From the human T2T-CHM13v2.0 reference genome, Homo sapiens: a stretch of DNA of 64,000 nucleotides. The stretch lies in NCBI RefSeq assembly GCF_009914755.1, contig NC_060928.1. One strand, given 5' to 3'. Shown in pieces: positions 1-14,838 of the stretch; positions within the stretch are counted from its first letter, which is position 1; each line of letters opens with the position of its first letter. The notes under the pieces were generated by a model, which saw nothing but the letters and a program-made list of their open reading frames with translations, had not been told where the DNA came from and ran no database searches. Position numbers and translations under genes: made by a program.

Positions 1-19
1 TAGAGTTATCAAGCATATA

Positions 20-300
20 AGGCAGAAGATATATCCTTAATAATTCACAGTCTAATGGAGAGAAAGGTACAAAATAAATGCAATTTAATGTGATGAACAC
101 AATAATTAGGGTTAAATACTCTGCATAAACACAATCAAAGAAGTAAGTTATCAACTTCATTTAGATAGCTCAAGGAAGGTTTTGAATTGAAAAAGACATT
201 TGAACCAGGTCTAGAAACATTAGGTGTGGGAGACAGGAGTAAGGGAAAGGGCACTTCATGAGAATTAACTGGATATGCAAAAGCAGAAAAAACTTATAGC
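20..300 (-). mobile_element. L2 LINE fragment (degraded)
   Basis: Resembles antisense L2 3' region (ttcacagtctaatggagag...aatttaatgtgatgaacacaataat...gacatttgaaccaggtct); highly diverged, boundaries approximate. Confidence 0.4.
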
Positions 301-504
301 AAATTGATTTACAGTGAGGTGTGAAATTGCTAGGCTAAAAGGCAGAATATTAGGTCTGAGGAATAAATCCCTAAAACATAAATTTTTAGAACCTAAAAAA
401 TTAGGAATATCATTTGATTTTGCAGGGAGACCCTCCAAGAAACCCAGAAAAATGATAGTTATTCTGCTTACTCTTAAATATAAAAAATATATTTTAACTT
501 AAAA

Positions 505-1260
505 AATATTTAATTGTTATAGATACATAATAGTTATACATATTTATGGGGTACATGTAGTATTTTGATGTAAGCATACAATGTGTAATGATCAAATCTG
601 GGTAACTGGTATATCCATCACCTCAAGCATTTATCATTTCTTTGTGTTAAAAACATTCCAAGTCCACTAGTTTAGTTATCTTTAAATATGCAATAAATTA
701 TTGTTACCTATAGTTGCCCTCTTATCCTACTGAACACTTGACCACTAGAGGTCCCCCGACTTGACAGCATTCATTATTTTTTGTCTTTTAATAAAAGCCA
801 TTTTAACCAGTGTGAGATAATATTTCATTGTAGTTTCGATTTTTATCTGATGACTGATGATGTTGAACATTTTTTCATATACCTGTTCACCATTTCCTGA
901 CATGTTTATCATGAAAAACGGTTCAACGAGAAAAAGAAAACCATTTGTGTCTCATTTTGAGAAACGTCTATTCAGAACTTTTGCTCATTTTTTAATCATA
1001 TTATTTGTTTTTATCATTATTGATTTGTTTGAGTTTCTTATATATTCTGGTTATTAATTCTTTGTCAGATGAGTAGTTTGCAAATATTTTCTCCCACTCT
1101 GTAAGTTGTCTCTTTGCATATTGAATATTTCCTTTGCTGTGTAGAAGCTTTTTAGCTTGATGTGATCCCATTTGTCCATTTTTGCCTGGGTTGCCTGTAC
1201 TATTGAGGTCTTACTCAAGAAATCATTGCCCAGACCAATGTCCCAGAGTCCTTTCTCAAC
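505..1260 (-). mobile_element. L1MA-type LINE-1 3' end fragment, internally deleted
   Basis: Antisense L1MA 3'UTR (tacatatttatggggtacatg...tatatccatcacctcaagcatttatcatttc) followed by ORF2 3' motifs (gccattttaaccagtgtgagataa; gtagtttgcaaatattttctccca; cccagaccaatgtcc). Confidence 0.8.
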
Positions 1261-1355
1261 GTTTTCAACTTTACAGCCTGATTTTTTATCTAACTATTTA
1301 TCTATTGATGTATTTATTTATCTATCATCTATCTATATAATCTGTCTTATAATAA

Positions 1356-1383
1356 ACACACACACACACACACACACACACAC
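1356..1383. repeat. (AC)n microsatellite, about 14 units
   Basis: Direct reading of the sequence. Confidence 0.95.
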
Positions 1384-3690
1384 TCAAATACACATAGTAA
1401 ATATAATATAACCTAAAATGGACAATATAGGATATATCAATTCTACAATGCTAAAAAGAGTGTTTGGTAAGAACATTTGTTTGCTGTCATACTGATAGCA
1501 AAATGTCTAATCAGATTGCTTCTCTATGTTTATCCTTAGCCAAATGTTTGAACACCCAATTATTCATAAGTGTTTTCTCATACCATGTCTGTGCTACTGT
1601 TAAATTTTTGACCAATTACCTTCACATGTTCCAGTTTATTTTTTGTGGTAACTTTTTTCTTTGCTTTTTTTCTGCTAGAAACACAGGGCTTTTGGTATAA
1701 TTTGGCTAGTCCCTTTCTTTCTACCTGCAACCATATATTACTATCCCTTCTGAAGACTATAACCTGTATGAAGTTCATATTGAAGCACCATTATTGGGTG
1801 GTTCACTGTAGACCTTAAAAAACATAGAGAAAAAGTCCAATTACAAAGAGTTTAGTTTAAAAGCAAGTGAGTCACTTCTTATTCACACTACAACACTTAG
1901 AGGTTTATATTGATCCTCATATGCTTTGACAGAAATTTTACCAACCTGTATGTTAGGCAGAAAATCCAAAAGACTATCCATTTTCGTCTGGAAATTAAAT
2001 TGATTATGCATCTACATGAAAAAGGTAAATTCAGGTCATATCGCTGAGAGAAGCAACAAAATGTTGTAAAAGTCTACACACATCAAAACAATTAAAATGT
2101 TTAAAATTACCAAGTAAATGAAATCTATTTTATTGAATCACTGAACTTCCAAATCATGGATGCCATGGCTCTGTCTTCAGGTAAGCCAGCATCCCAGCTG
2201 TATGTGCTAATATTGTTTTTAAGTCAGCCATTTCACAATCTTGAATCACTTTAATTGATGTTTAATTGCCATGTTTAAAAACCTTTGCCGTAGAAGACAT
2301 GAGAAGTCTATTTTTAGGCAGGAAATAGAAATTTCTAGGTCCTCATGAAACATTTAAAATTATAATTTTACACAAATCCCTACCCACTGGATAATAAGTT
2401 AGGATAATAGGGGATGAGCTATATATCCCCTTTTACTTTTCTGTGAAAACTGTTTTGTTTTTAAAACTTAAAAATTCCAAGTTAATATTCTACTATTGCA
2501 CCAAAAGAATACAGTTGACAGTCCTTCATTCACATTCCCAGCCTTCCAGTGGCCACTAAAGAAGAAACCTTCATCTAGTCTACATCACCAAGAGAGAACA
2601 GTGACAGCTAACACTGCTCCAGCCTCTACCACCTTCTTGACCTGGCACAGCCATAGAACACAGGAAGTCCTCTTAGCTTCTAATGAAATTGGAAACATGG
2701 GAACATGCCCTATAATGAATGGTCTATATCCAAGAGAATACACTATATTAAAGTGTAGTAGAAATTCAATATTTATAAACTATAAACTTCCATTATTTAA
2801 AACAAGTGTTTGAAATAGTACCAGTTCCAAGCTTCGTTTTCTTCTTCAAGTATTATATTTATGATACAAAAATGGATTTTCTATTAGTCTAACCATTTTT
2901 AAAATTCTCAAATTGAGTATTTTTCTCCAGCTCTAATACTTTTCAGATGCTTCTTTGATGTCATTTACAGGGAGTTGAGGTTTTTTAAGTGTATTATGAC
3001 CTTCCAGGCTTTCTGGTTTCATAAGAACCTGGTGTCTGGGATACTATCAAAAATAATCTGTCCTCATTTGAATTACCCTAACATTTTAGCTACAAATCAA
3101 CAGGCTTCTTGAGGGTAGAGATAATGCATCCCTAGCACTTAGCCTGAAGTCTCTGAAACAGTACACTTTAATAGATCTGTACCTCTTTAAAGTATTATAC
3201 TTATTTATATTTATACCATTTCTGTGACTAGGTATGTTTTCCAACTACATTTATCATTTTGTGTTATTACAAACGTGACATAGTTAAAACAGAAATGATG
3301 AAAATACAGAAAACCACAAAGAAATAATCACTTGTAATTACTGCCTATATTATAGATATATATTGTATATTTCCCACATTAGCAAGCCAATTTACCAATT
3401 ATTATTTATTGGTTAATTAGCATTTCATCATATGGCTGTCCATACTTATTTATACATACTATATATAACAATGTGGTGGCAAGGAAGGTGTATATTATTG
3501 CCTATGATCTTATAGGCAAGATAAACAATGCTTCTTAGTAGGTGTTCATTTAGTGTAAGTCCTTTATAAAAATCATTACATTACTGATTTTAAATTAAAA
3601 AGGGAATAAGCCAGTGGATTTATTTATTGGTATAACAAAACTTTGTAAATTTTATACTGATATTTTCTTTCACCAAAAGTTCAATTCAAA

Positions 3691-3987
3691 TCCAGGCATG
3701 GTGTCTCACGCCTGTAATCCCAGCACTTTGGAAGGCCAAGGCAGGCGGATCACCTGAGATCAAGAGTTCAAGAACAGCCTGGCCAAAATAGCAAAACCCT
3801 GTCTGTACTAAAAATACAAAAAAATTAGCCAGGTGTGGTGGCATGTGCCTGTAGTCCCAGCTACTGGGGAGGCTGAGGCAGGGGAATCGCTTGAACTCAG
3901 GCAGCAGAGGTTGGCAGTGAGCCGAGATCTTGCCACTGCACTCCAGCCTGAGCAACAGAGTGAGACTCCATCTCAAAAAAAAAAAAA
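3691..3987 (+). mobile_element. AluS (Sx/Sq-like), full length
   Basis: Dimeric Alu with A-tail; 16-bp TSD aaaagttc(a/g)attcaaa at 3675-3690 and 3984-3999. Confidence 0.95.
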
Positions 3988-5391
3988 GTTCGATTCAAAA
4001 TTATTCCATTATAAACTATCTGATTATATTATCCAGAATTTTTCAACTCATATCGAAATGCAAATTTTTAAATATTTTTCCCAAATAGAGTCTTAATAGG
4101 GTTAAACGTTGATAGTCTCACAATAATACACTATTCCACAATGTAGAGCACTTAGCAGTATCCATAACAACCATTATTATTTTAAAAATATTTTAATAGT
4201 AATATTCTTTGAAATAGTTGATGATTTATTGTGACAGAATGAGGAGAACCTAAGAAAGACTATTTATCGATAAATGAATTTCTAACCATGCTGACGGAAA
4301 AGCAGCTTTATATTTTACTTTTGAAAGAAGGTGATGGTTGTATCTGAAGAAAAAAGAGATACAAGCTACTATTTCTAGGCTATCCAGTTAAAGGAAAGCA
4401 CTATGTCAAGCATTTGAAGTAAAAGAATGTTGTCTTCAGAACCCAAACAGTTGTGTCTCAGAATACAAAGGAATGTAATACATATATTGGTCTATCAGTC
4501 AGAAAACAAAACACTGTAAAAAATTAAAATCATTTCAAATTAGTAGAATTTTAGTCTTGTTTTTTGTTGTTGTTGGATAACATGGCAGAACATGACACAA
4601 CTGAATATGTTTCGAACGTACTCCCGTATTCAAGCAACAATATTTTCTGTGCACGAAAGAATGTGTATAGGTCATCTAATTAACACTAATGAAAGTTCTA
4701 GTTTTCAATATACTCTGAATTATTGGATAAGTATAACTGATAGTAAAGTCATAACAGTACTGGGAACAGAAATATAGCTGAAGGAAAAGATGTTACTGAG
4801 TTTACTGAAAATCTTTAAAAAATTCATAAAGGCAGAAGAGGAAAATAGAAACAAGAATAGTTTATACAGGAGAGTGAATGGAAGATGAGTATAAGGAGAA
4901 GAAAGGGGGAAAATCAGCCTTGAGGAATGTCATGATTCATTTGGTGTGGTCCTTTCAATGAAGCTAGAAGATAAAAGAAATAGTTTATTGTTAGGTTTCT
5001 TATGTGAAACTAAGAAAAAAATCTCTGAAAATGTGACTGATTCCTGTGTACAAAAGTAATATTATGCAAAAATTCTTAGTGTTCTACTGAGCCATTTGTT
5101 ACCTTAATTTGCCTGAAACCTAAAATTCAGTTTTAAAGAATAAATGAACAAATAATTTACTTTGGGAAAAATAACACCAAAATCTGCTGCTAAATGTAAT
5201 TATTTGGTGCAAACTTTATTGACTTTTTATGATGAAAAAGAATGACCCAAAACTATCTTAATTTTTGTATTTCTATATGAAAATTTGTTTTGACAATTTC
5301 ACTATTATCGATTCAGCCAGAAAAAATGGAAATTTCATTTTGTTTGGTTCCTTGATTTTTCATTTTAGCATATATTTCACATTCTACCAAT

Positions 5392-5790
5392 TATGGCAAA
5401 GACTGTCTAGATGTTAGCAACCCTGCATCCTCCTCTTGCTACATTGGAAGATTACATATTCCAGCCTCCCTTGCAATTTGGACAGGACCATATTCCTGGG
5501 CTCTGTCAAAGAATGAGAATGGAAGTATTTCATATCTTCTTCCAGGACTGGCCAAGAGTCCCCTCTCACTTGCTGTTTGCCTATTGCCAATTAAAAGCAA
5601 AGAAACCTATGTGGAAATCTGAAGGAGGCCTAGGAGACAGCAGTACCACGAGATGAAAAGAGCCAGGATCCCTCAACCGTCATGCAAAAGGCCATCTATT
5701 AAATATGTAAACTGTGGTATGGCCCATAAATGAACAGTAATTTTGCTAAGTTAGTGAAATCAGACAGTTGTTTTTATGTAAAGCTAGCAT
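5392..5790 (+). mobile_element. MaLR LTR (MLT1J-like)
   Basis: MLT1-type motifs: ttacatattccagcctcccttgca; aagaatgagaatggaagt; gatgaaaagagccaggatccct; ends ttgttttt...aagctagcattaa. Confidence 0.55.
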
Positions 5791-6174
5791 TAATAACCTC
5801 AAATGACAATCTGGTCCTTAAAAGGTTTTCTGTTGACATTATTAATTTTTTAATTTAAGATTGTGTTTGGAATTTGGAAAATTTTAGTATTGAGTTCAAA
5901 AGAATAACTAAAATAAAAATAGGTTGCTCATAAAACATTATTAACTCAACTGCCTTGTAATCAACCAAGGACTGTCAACTCTGCACATGTTTCTCTTGGA
6001 TGTTAGCTCTTTAAAATACATCAGGTCTTAAGTGTTCTGAAATACATTACTTCATTTAGTTCACAGCTAAGTGATGGCAATACTCTGATTACTCATCAAA
6101 GCCAGCAACTTTGCAGAGCAGAGAGAAGTACCTCACATTTTTATTAAATTGTCAAATATTATATATAAGAATTG

Positions 6175-6330
6175 TAGACATTTTGGAATTGGAATGGACC
6201 TTAAAGACTACAAAACCATCACACTTGTCAGCTGAGCCAACTGTGCTTTAAGGGAGGTTAAGACATTAGTATAAGGATCCAGGGCTAGTTGGCAGCAGAG
6301 CTGAGGTTAGTACTATAAGCTCCTGAATGC
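6175..6330 (-). mobile_element. MIR SINE fragment
   Basis: Antisense MIR core-like: gctgagccaactgtgc...gaggttaag...aaggatccagggctagttggcagcagagctgagg. Confidence 0.5.
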
Positions 6331-6429
6331 CTAATTACATTCTTACCTGCAACAGCTTTTTCACAGCAAAGTCAGTCACAGGACTCCAATATCCACATTT
6401 CATTCTTAGAGATGAATGAAATGCCAGCC

Positions 6430-6930
6430 AATGACAACTATTGTTCAGCTTGACTCACTGACACCACCACCTCTTTCCTCCTTGCTCCAGCCAATCACCC
6501 AAAGAGAGGATTCCAACTAATGGACAGCAAATCCATATGTTGACCAAGAATCTGCAGGGAGGCCTCGTATATAAAGATTAACTTGACCATACTCTTTGGA
6601 ATCTAAATAGAGAAACACAGACCCACGGCCAGTTAGCAATAGGATCTGATATTAAAAGTATATGTAAAGAGAAAAAGACTGAATTAAATCAAAGCCATGA
6701 GGGACTATGACAAGTCAAAGTTATAAGGGGGATCTAATACCTAGAGATAAATAAGATTCCACCAGGGGAAGATCATGAAAAAGATTGCTAGATCTTCCTG
6801 AGATCCTATGTCTATGTTGATCTATTCCAGTACTAATTTTATCATTAAGTCCTCTTTATCTTCCTAACTTATAAATAAGCCTTCTATATCTTACAGAGGC
6901 CTAAATGAGTAGCTATGTTTTTACAACTGA
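6430..6930 (+). mobile_element. Possible ancient ERVL-type LTR
   Basis: CCAAT (about 6491) and TATATAAA (6568-6575), with an LTR-like 3' end (aaatgagtagctatgtttttacaactgaaa); family not identified. Confidence 0.3.
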
Positions 6931-7059
6931 AAAAAATATACATGAAAGAAAAGCATTTAAATATGTCCTTCAACCTAATGTTTGTAAATATATATATAAT
7001 TATATATATTTACAAATACACATTTACAAATATAAATATATAATTATATATCAGAAAAA

Positions 7060-7900
<841 letters not shown>

Positions 7901-8368
7901 TTTATATTAGCATTTATTATACTTTATCATAATTATTTGTTTTTATAGCCTATCTTCTCCACTTACTCACTTTGATAATTTCGAGGCCTAGCATAGTTCC
8001 TGGTACACAGCACCTGACACAGAAAAACCATTTAATAAAAATCTGATAAATGAGCAAATAAAGAAAAGAAGGAAGATATTTAGGATAGTGTTATTTAAAA
8101 CAATGAAGTGCTAGAAAAAATCCTATGACTATTAAATAAATTATAGTGGGCAAATATAATTGCAATAATATATAAGCATAAAATTATGTTTTGAGACTTT
8201 TAATGATGTAAGGACTTGCTTAAGAGTAAAGGGTAGTCAAAAAGTAGGATATAGCACTGTATGTACAATATGCTCTTGACTATGCTAAAATGCGCTAAAA
8301 CATGCAAGAAGACTAAAAGAGACATACTAATACATATATATTGGTCAAAATTGGTCAAATATTTTATA

Positions 8369-9107
8369 CAAGTTGATTATTCCTAATCCAAAAATTTGAA
8401 ATCCAAAATGCTCCAATACCCAAAACTTTGAGCGTGGATGTGATGCCACAAGTGAATATTCCACACGTAACTTCATATAATCATTCACAGTCAAAAACAC
8501 AGGTGCACACCACACAGTTTACTCAGTGTCCCAAGGGACAAAAGACCTTCCCAGTCCTTTTCAGTGGATATATCCTTTCAGCATACACCCATATTCTTCC
8601 ATGCAAGCATGCCCATAAAGTGTAATAAATGGCATGTGTGTAAGCTGCATGTGCTTATGGCCGGTTCCCCACAAGGCCCCCATGGGACCAAGACCTATGT
8701 GCATTACTCACTTTTTTTTTTTTTTTGCTTATTCTCTGCTCTGTGGTGTAAAGATGTTGAAAATGTCAAAAATATCTGCAGATATCCCTATGATAATAGT
8801 GGTAAGAAAAAGAAGAAGCATTTATGTTTATTGCAGAGCAAGTCAAGCTGTTGGGGAAACTAGATAGCAGCGTAAGTGTGAAAAGTCTTACAGAAGAGTA
8901 TGGAGTTGGAATGACCTCCACATTCTACCTGAATAAACAGAGGATAAACTGTTAAGTTCTATACTGAAAATGATGAACAGAAGTTAACAGAAATAATAAT
9001 AAAAAAACTGCATAAAGCCGAACATAAAGATCTCGATCATGTATTGAAAAGGTGCATTTGTCAGCTTTGTAGTGAACACATGCCACTTAATGGTACACTG
9101 ATCATGA
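8369..9107 (+). mobile_element. Tigger4 (Zombi) DNA transposon, left end plus decayed N-terminal transposase coding region
   Basis: TA then TIR-like caagttgattattcctaatcc; aaatccaaaatgctccaa; decayed transposase start atgtcaaaaatatctgcagat...aagaaaaagaagaagcatttatgttta...acagaagagtatggagttggaatgacc (pogo/CENP-B-type HTH region); right end absent. Confidence 0.8.
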
Positions 9108-9280
9108 TATTTTCAATAGATGATTATAATCTCTATTTGGATAGCCTACTTTTATTTAGACAATAAGTCTTATTTCTTTATAATACATTATTGGAATAGG
9201 GAATCTCAATTAATGACTCAGATGTCCCAAATATTCAACATGTCAGTGTTATCTGATCACGTCTGTGTCTCTTTACCTGA

Positions 9281-9624
<344 letters not shown>

Positions 9625-12512
9625 AGTGCTTCATAGTTCTAAGTTGCGTTGCATCTCTTGCCTGAAATTCAGAGTGTGGCAAGGGATGATGGGCAAATGA
9701 ACATACCCATACCACTGCAAACCATTCCCCAAAGGGAAAGAAGTTATTGGAACTAGCAGATACAGGGGTTAAATTTGGATACTAAATCAGTCCCATAAGT
9801 TGTGAAACGTCATTCAAGGGTGGATTTTTCTGCCACAGTAGTAAATGACAATTTTAAAAATCAATATGGTAAACAAAATCAAACACTTTTAATAGTATTC
9901 ATCCTGGTGACATTGTCATCATGCTACCTCTACCGACTCCCCATTTTACCTGCCTGTCCCCATGAATTTGACTGTTTATGTTGGTGCTCAAATATCTTTG
10001 CATTGTTCTGCATAGAAATTTATTTCCCACAAAATTTCAGCCATGGTACTTTGCATTCTTGGTAAATAGTAAACATTATTTTAAATCACAATAAAAGACT
10101 AAAACGATATTATCTTCTCAAGGTTTTACATCCACCATAGCTTATATCCTTTTATTTCTCTCTCTGGGTTTCCTCCATTTTCTTCCATTCCCACATCTTC
10201 TGTTACCTAGCTGGAGCAGAAATTAAACTGATGTCACTAAGATACTAGGGTTAGAAGAAATGCCAGTGCCTTGTTGCATACATCCTTATTAGTATGAGAG
10301 ATCAGGATATGTATGCTCCTATGGGCCCTCCTTACCAACTCACAGAGCACCTTAATTCTTTATCCCTAATCCTACAACCACAGTTAACCATGTCCCAAAT
10401 GCTTGCCATTGTTCAAAATAAAGGTACCCTGAAAGGAGATGACAGCCAATGAAGCAATGCCCATGCAGCCAGGAAGAAGGGAGGGGACACTGTTCTAGCA
10501 ACTATGTGATCCAGAGCTGCCCATCTATTGAGTACAAGGTGTCACTGCCAGGAAGCCTCATATATATAAGAAACTTCCAGATGTGTTTGAATTAGCATAA
10601 GTGTAACATCTCCTACTAGAAAATAATTCCCTGGCAAGGTACCAGTGGGATAGGTTAGTAGTGTTGTTTTGTATGTAAATCATTGTTCATGAGTATCTTC
10701 AGCATAAAGCTCTTACTTATTCGAAGCTTAAATAAGCCATGTACAGGCACATTCTGCTCTCCCGGCAGCATTTCTCAGATGTTGTTACAACTCCCCAAGC
10801 ATAAGAAGAACTGTTTCCCTTAGGTTGAGTTCTGGAGGGTTAAGTATCTATCCACTGATTTACTGTGGTTTCTGTCAGAAAAATTTGACTTTTAGTAGAT
10901 AATATTCAAATAGTCACTGACGGCTGAAAATTTAACAGCCAAGCAATTGAATCGTCTGTGGTCAAGGCCTTAGAAAAGTGAGTGATGGCCTTGTAGAGAT
11001 GCAAGCCACTTAATCAACAAATAAAGCTTTAGAAAACCAAAGAGGAGACAGCTGGCACTGTAACATTCTGTTTTGATGGTGATTTCATTACATTTTGGAA
11101 AATGCATACTTGACTTAAGCTTTAGTTGCTGAGAGTTCAATGAAAGAGGCCGACACTATATTTGTTTTGTGCTAAATGAGTATATTTGATGAAACACCTG
11201 ATTTCTGTAACAATAACCACTACATATACCATAAACATGGGTAGCTACATTTATAGATTAATTAATGATAAATATGCACAGAGAAATCAGGCACTTAGCT
11301 AGACACTCAGCCTTCAAATCATTTTTCTTTAACCGATACGGCACTTGTTGAAATTCTACAAGCACATTTGCTTGAGTTCTCATTGAAATAATTTGGTTCA
11401 TTTTTCAATTGACTTTTCTCACAAGTCAGAGAAGATTTGCCATGCTAAGGAAATCAGACTTACTACGCCAAAGAAATACAACATTTAGGGTAGACTATTT
11501 GGGTAATCATGTATTCTTAAAAGAAGAAAGCTTTTCTAAATAGAAATCAGAACAATGAACCTTTCAACAAAGCATTGCATAGATAATTATTAAGATTACA
11601 AATATGCATGAAAACTAGAGGTAGCCAAAGATTGTCCACAGCTACTAATATGTTTTGACAGGACTATAATTTTGCTATACTTCAACAAGAGTTAAGGCTA
11701 GTCATGAAGTACAAACCGCGGGTTTGCCTGTTTTATATACTGAACAAAGAAAAATAGAAAAACAATTTCATTGAATCAGGATCAAAAGCATATATCAAGG
11801 GTATTTAGTCCTTAGAAATAAGCCGGTTCTCAAAAGTACTTTTAAAAACTTAAATAAAGCAAATTTTAATTATTCATATGAATAAAGAATTAATACTTAA
11901 GGTGAATTTTAATGTTCAGTAGATATGTATAATTATGTGTCTATTGTATTGACTTTATATACCGTTATGAAAGCAGATAAGAGAATGTAAAGTTTGTTTC
12001 TTCTGCTAAGTAATGTTGATTACATCATCACTGGTATTTTAAAAAATATGTATTTCACGTGATATTGAACATCAATGTAATTTTTTTCCTTTTCTATCCC
12101 AACAACAATACATACAAGTGAAACAACTTAGAATATATATATACAATATGGGTACAGTTGTTTGCCATCACTATGAATTCTAATTTTTGCATTAGGATCT
12201 TTTAGAATGAGAAAATTCCGAATTATAGAAGGATTCAGAGATTAAAATTCACTTTTATTGAATCCCTCTTTTTTGCTCCTCTCTCCCTCTGAAGTTATCA
12301 GAAAGCTTATCACTTGTCAGTATAAACACATAAGGTTAGGAAAAAATAGCATGAGAATGGTATATATTTATTTTTCTGGACTAAATAACATTGATGACAT
12401 ATTTAAATTGTTGGTCATTGTCCAGTTCACCTTGCTATTGACTTATTTTCATGTAAAAGTACTGGCTTGACAGTTGCACAGTTGTGTAAAAACATTAAAT
12501 ACTACTACTATT

Positions 12513-12770
12513 ACTAACAGCTAACATTTGAGGATTTAGCATATGCCAGGCACTGTATTAAGTGCTATACATATTTCTTCTGATTTTCTCAACAAAACAC
12601 ACTATAGGGCAGGGGCAATGTTATTATCCATAATTTGTATATAAAAATATTTGAAAATACTAAGTGTAAAGAGTCTATATAACTAGCACAATGTTACACA
12701 GCAGAACATGGATAGAAATCCACACAATCTGAGGGACTTCAGGACCATACTTTAAACCACTATGCTAGCA
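12513..12770 (-). mobile_element. MIR SINE, near full length
   Basis: aacagctaacatttgag...atgccaggcactgtattaagtgct...ttattatcca...ctttaaaccactatgct. Confidence 0.75.
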
Positions 12771-12939
12771 TGTTGTAGATAAAATATGCTGTTGATGCAA
12801 TATTTAAATGCAAATAAGCATTCACATAAAAAATAAGCCACACTGCAATTGTTTATGGACATGATGAGTTTAAGAATGATGAGACCTACAATAATAAAAT
12901 CTTAGAATATAATGTGTTACAGAGTCATCCAAGTCTAAC

Positions 12940-13498
12940 ACATTTTTACTGACTCTTATCATGGGCCCAACATTGTCCTCACCATTGTAGATATAGTAGT
13001 TAAACAAAGTTCTGCTTTTATGAATCTAACATTGCAATTAGAAAGCACACAAGAAGAATGGAAGTTTTTAGGGAATGACAAGGGCTATGGGGGAAAAAAA
13101 TAAAACAAAGAGCTATAACAATAAGAAGGAAGAATTCCTTTAGCAAAAGTAGCTAGGTAAGGCTGCTCTAAGGAGGAAGCCTTTGAGTAAATGCTGAATG
13201 ACAAGAAGGAGTCAGCAGTGGAAGCAGGTGGGAGCCAAGTGTTCCAGCAGAGGCAACAGCAAATGCACAGGTCTGAATTTGACAAGGAGTTTAGTTTTCT
13301 TTCTGGAAAAGAAAGATGGTCAGTATGGCTGGGACATATGGAGCAAGAAGGAAAAGGACAGAAACAGAGAAGGCAGAGTGGATCATTTAGGACCTTATAG
13401 GCAATGCAAAGAAATTTAGAGTTTATACTTTTATATCAAGTGAGAGAATGCTAGAATGGATTTAGATGGAGAAAGCAAAACTTCATTTAGGTTTTAAA
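12940..13498 (-). mobile_element. L2 LINE, left part (split by the L1PA insertion)
   Basis: Antisense L2 motifs: gtgttccagcagaggcaacagcaaatgcacagg; ggaccttataggc; continues after the L1 at 19924. Confidence 0.7.
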
Positions 13499-13513
13499 AA
13501 TCTCAGTCCCAGG

Positions 13514-13523
13514 CAAGATGGCC
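13514..13523 (+). promoter_or_regulatory. YY1 site of the L1 5'UTR internal promoter
   Basis: caagatggcc at the canonical position near the L1 5' end. Confidence 0.7.
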
Positions 13524-14838
13524 AAACAGGAGCAGCTCCAGTCTGCAGCTCCCAGCGAGACCCAATGCAGAAAACGGGTGATTTCTGCATTTCCATCTGA
13601 GGTACCTGGCTCATCTCATTGGGACTGGTTAGACAGTGGCTGGAGCCCACGGAGGGCAAGCCAAAGTATGGTGGGATGTCACCTCACCCGGAAGCACAAG
13701 GGATTGGGGAACTTGCTCCGCTAGCCAAGGGAAGCCATGAGTGAGGGACAGTGCTATCTGGCCCAGATACCATGCTTTTCCCACTGTCTTCAAAATCCAC
13801 AGACTAGGAGATTTTCTCAGGTGCCTACACCACCAGGGCCCTGGGTTTCAAGCACAAAACTGGGCGGCTGTTTGGGCAGACAACAAGCTAGCTGCAGGAT
13901 TTTTTTTTTTTTCTGTAACCCCAGTGGTGCCTGAAACACCAGCAAGACAGAACTGTTCACTCCCCTGGAAAGGGGCCTCAAGCCTAGAAGCCGAGTGGTC
14001 TTGCTCAGTGGATCCCACCCCCATGGAGCCCAACAAACTAAGATCCATAGGCTGGAAATTCTCCCTGCCAGCACAGCAGTCTGAAGTCGACCTGGGACAC
14101 TTGAGCTTGGTAGGGGGAGAGGCATCCGCCTTTACTGAGGCTTAAGTAGTCAGTTTTCCCCTCACAGTGTAAACAAAGCTGCCAGAAAGTTCGAAATGAA
14201 AGGAGCCCACCACAGCACCACAAAGCCGCTGTAGCCAGACTGCCTCTCTAGATTCCTCTTCTCTGAGCAGGGCAACGCTGAAGGAAAGGCAGCAGCCCCA
14301 TCAGGGGCTTATAGATAAAACTCCCATCTTCCGGGGACAGAGCACCTGGGGGAAGGGGCGCCTGTGGGTGCAGCTTCAGCAGACTTAAACATTCCTGCCT
14401 GCTGGCTCTGAAGAAGGCAACAGATCTCTGAGCACAGCGCTTGAGCTCTGCTAAGGGACAGACTGCCTCCTCAAGTGGGTCCCTGACCCCTGTGCCTCCT
14501 GAGAGGGAGACATCTCCCAGCAGGGGTTGACAGACACCTCATACAGGAGAGCTCCAGCTAGATTCTGGTGAGTGCCCCTCTGGAATGTAGCTTCCAGAGG
14601 AAGGAGCAGGCAGCAATCTTTGCCATTCTGCAGCTTCTGCTGGTGATACCCAGGTAAACAGGGTCTGGAGTGGACCTCCAGCAAACCAGCAGACCTGCAG
14701 AAGAGGGGCCTGACTGTTAGAGGGAAAACTAACCAACAGAAAGCAATAGCATCAACATCAACAAAAAGCATGACCACCCAAAAATCCCATTGAAAGGTCA
14801 CCAACATTAAGGACCCAAAGGTAGATAAATTCAAGAAG

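Noticed and set aside
10445-10570. CCAAT box followed by TATATAAG
   Set aside because: Both motifs are frequent in AT-rich DNA; no supporting exon structure or CpG enrichment.
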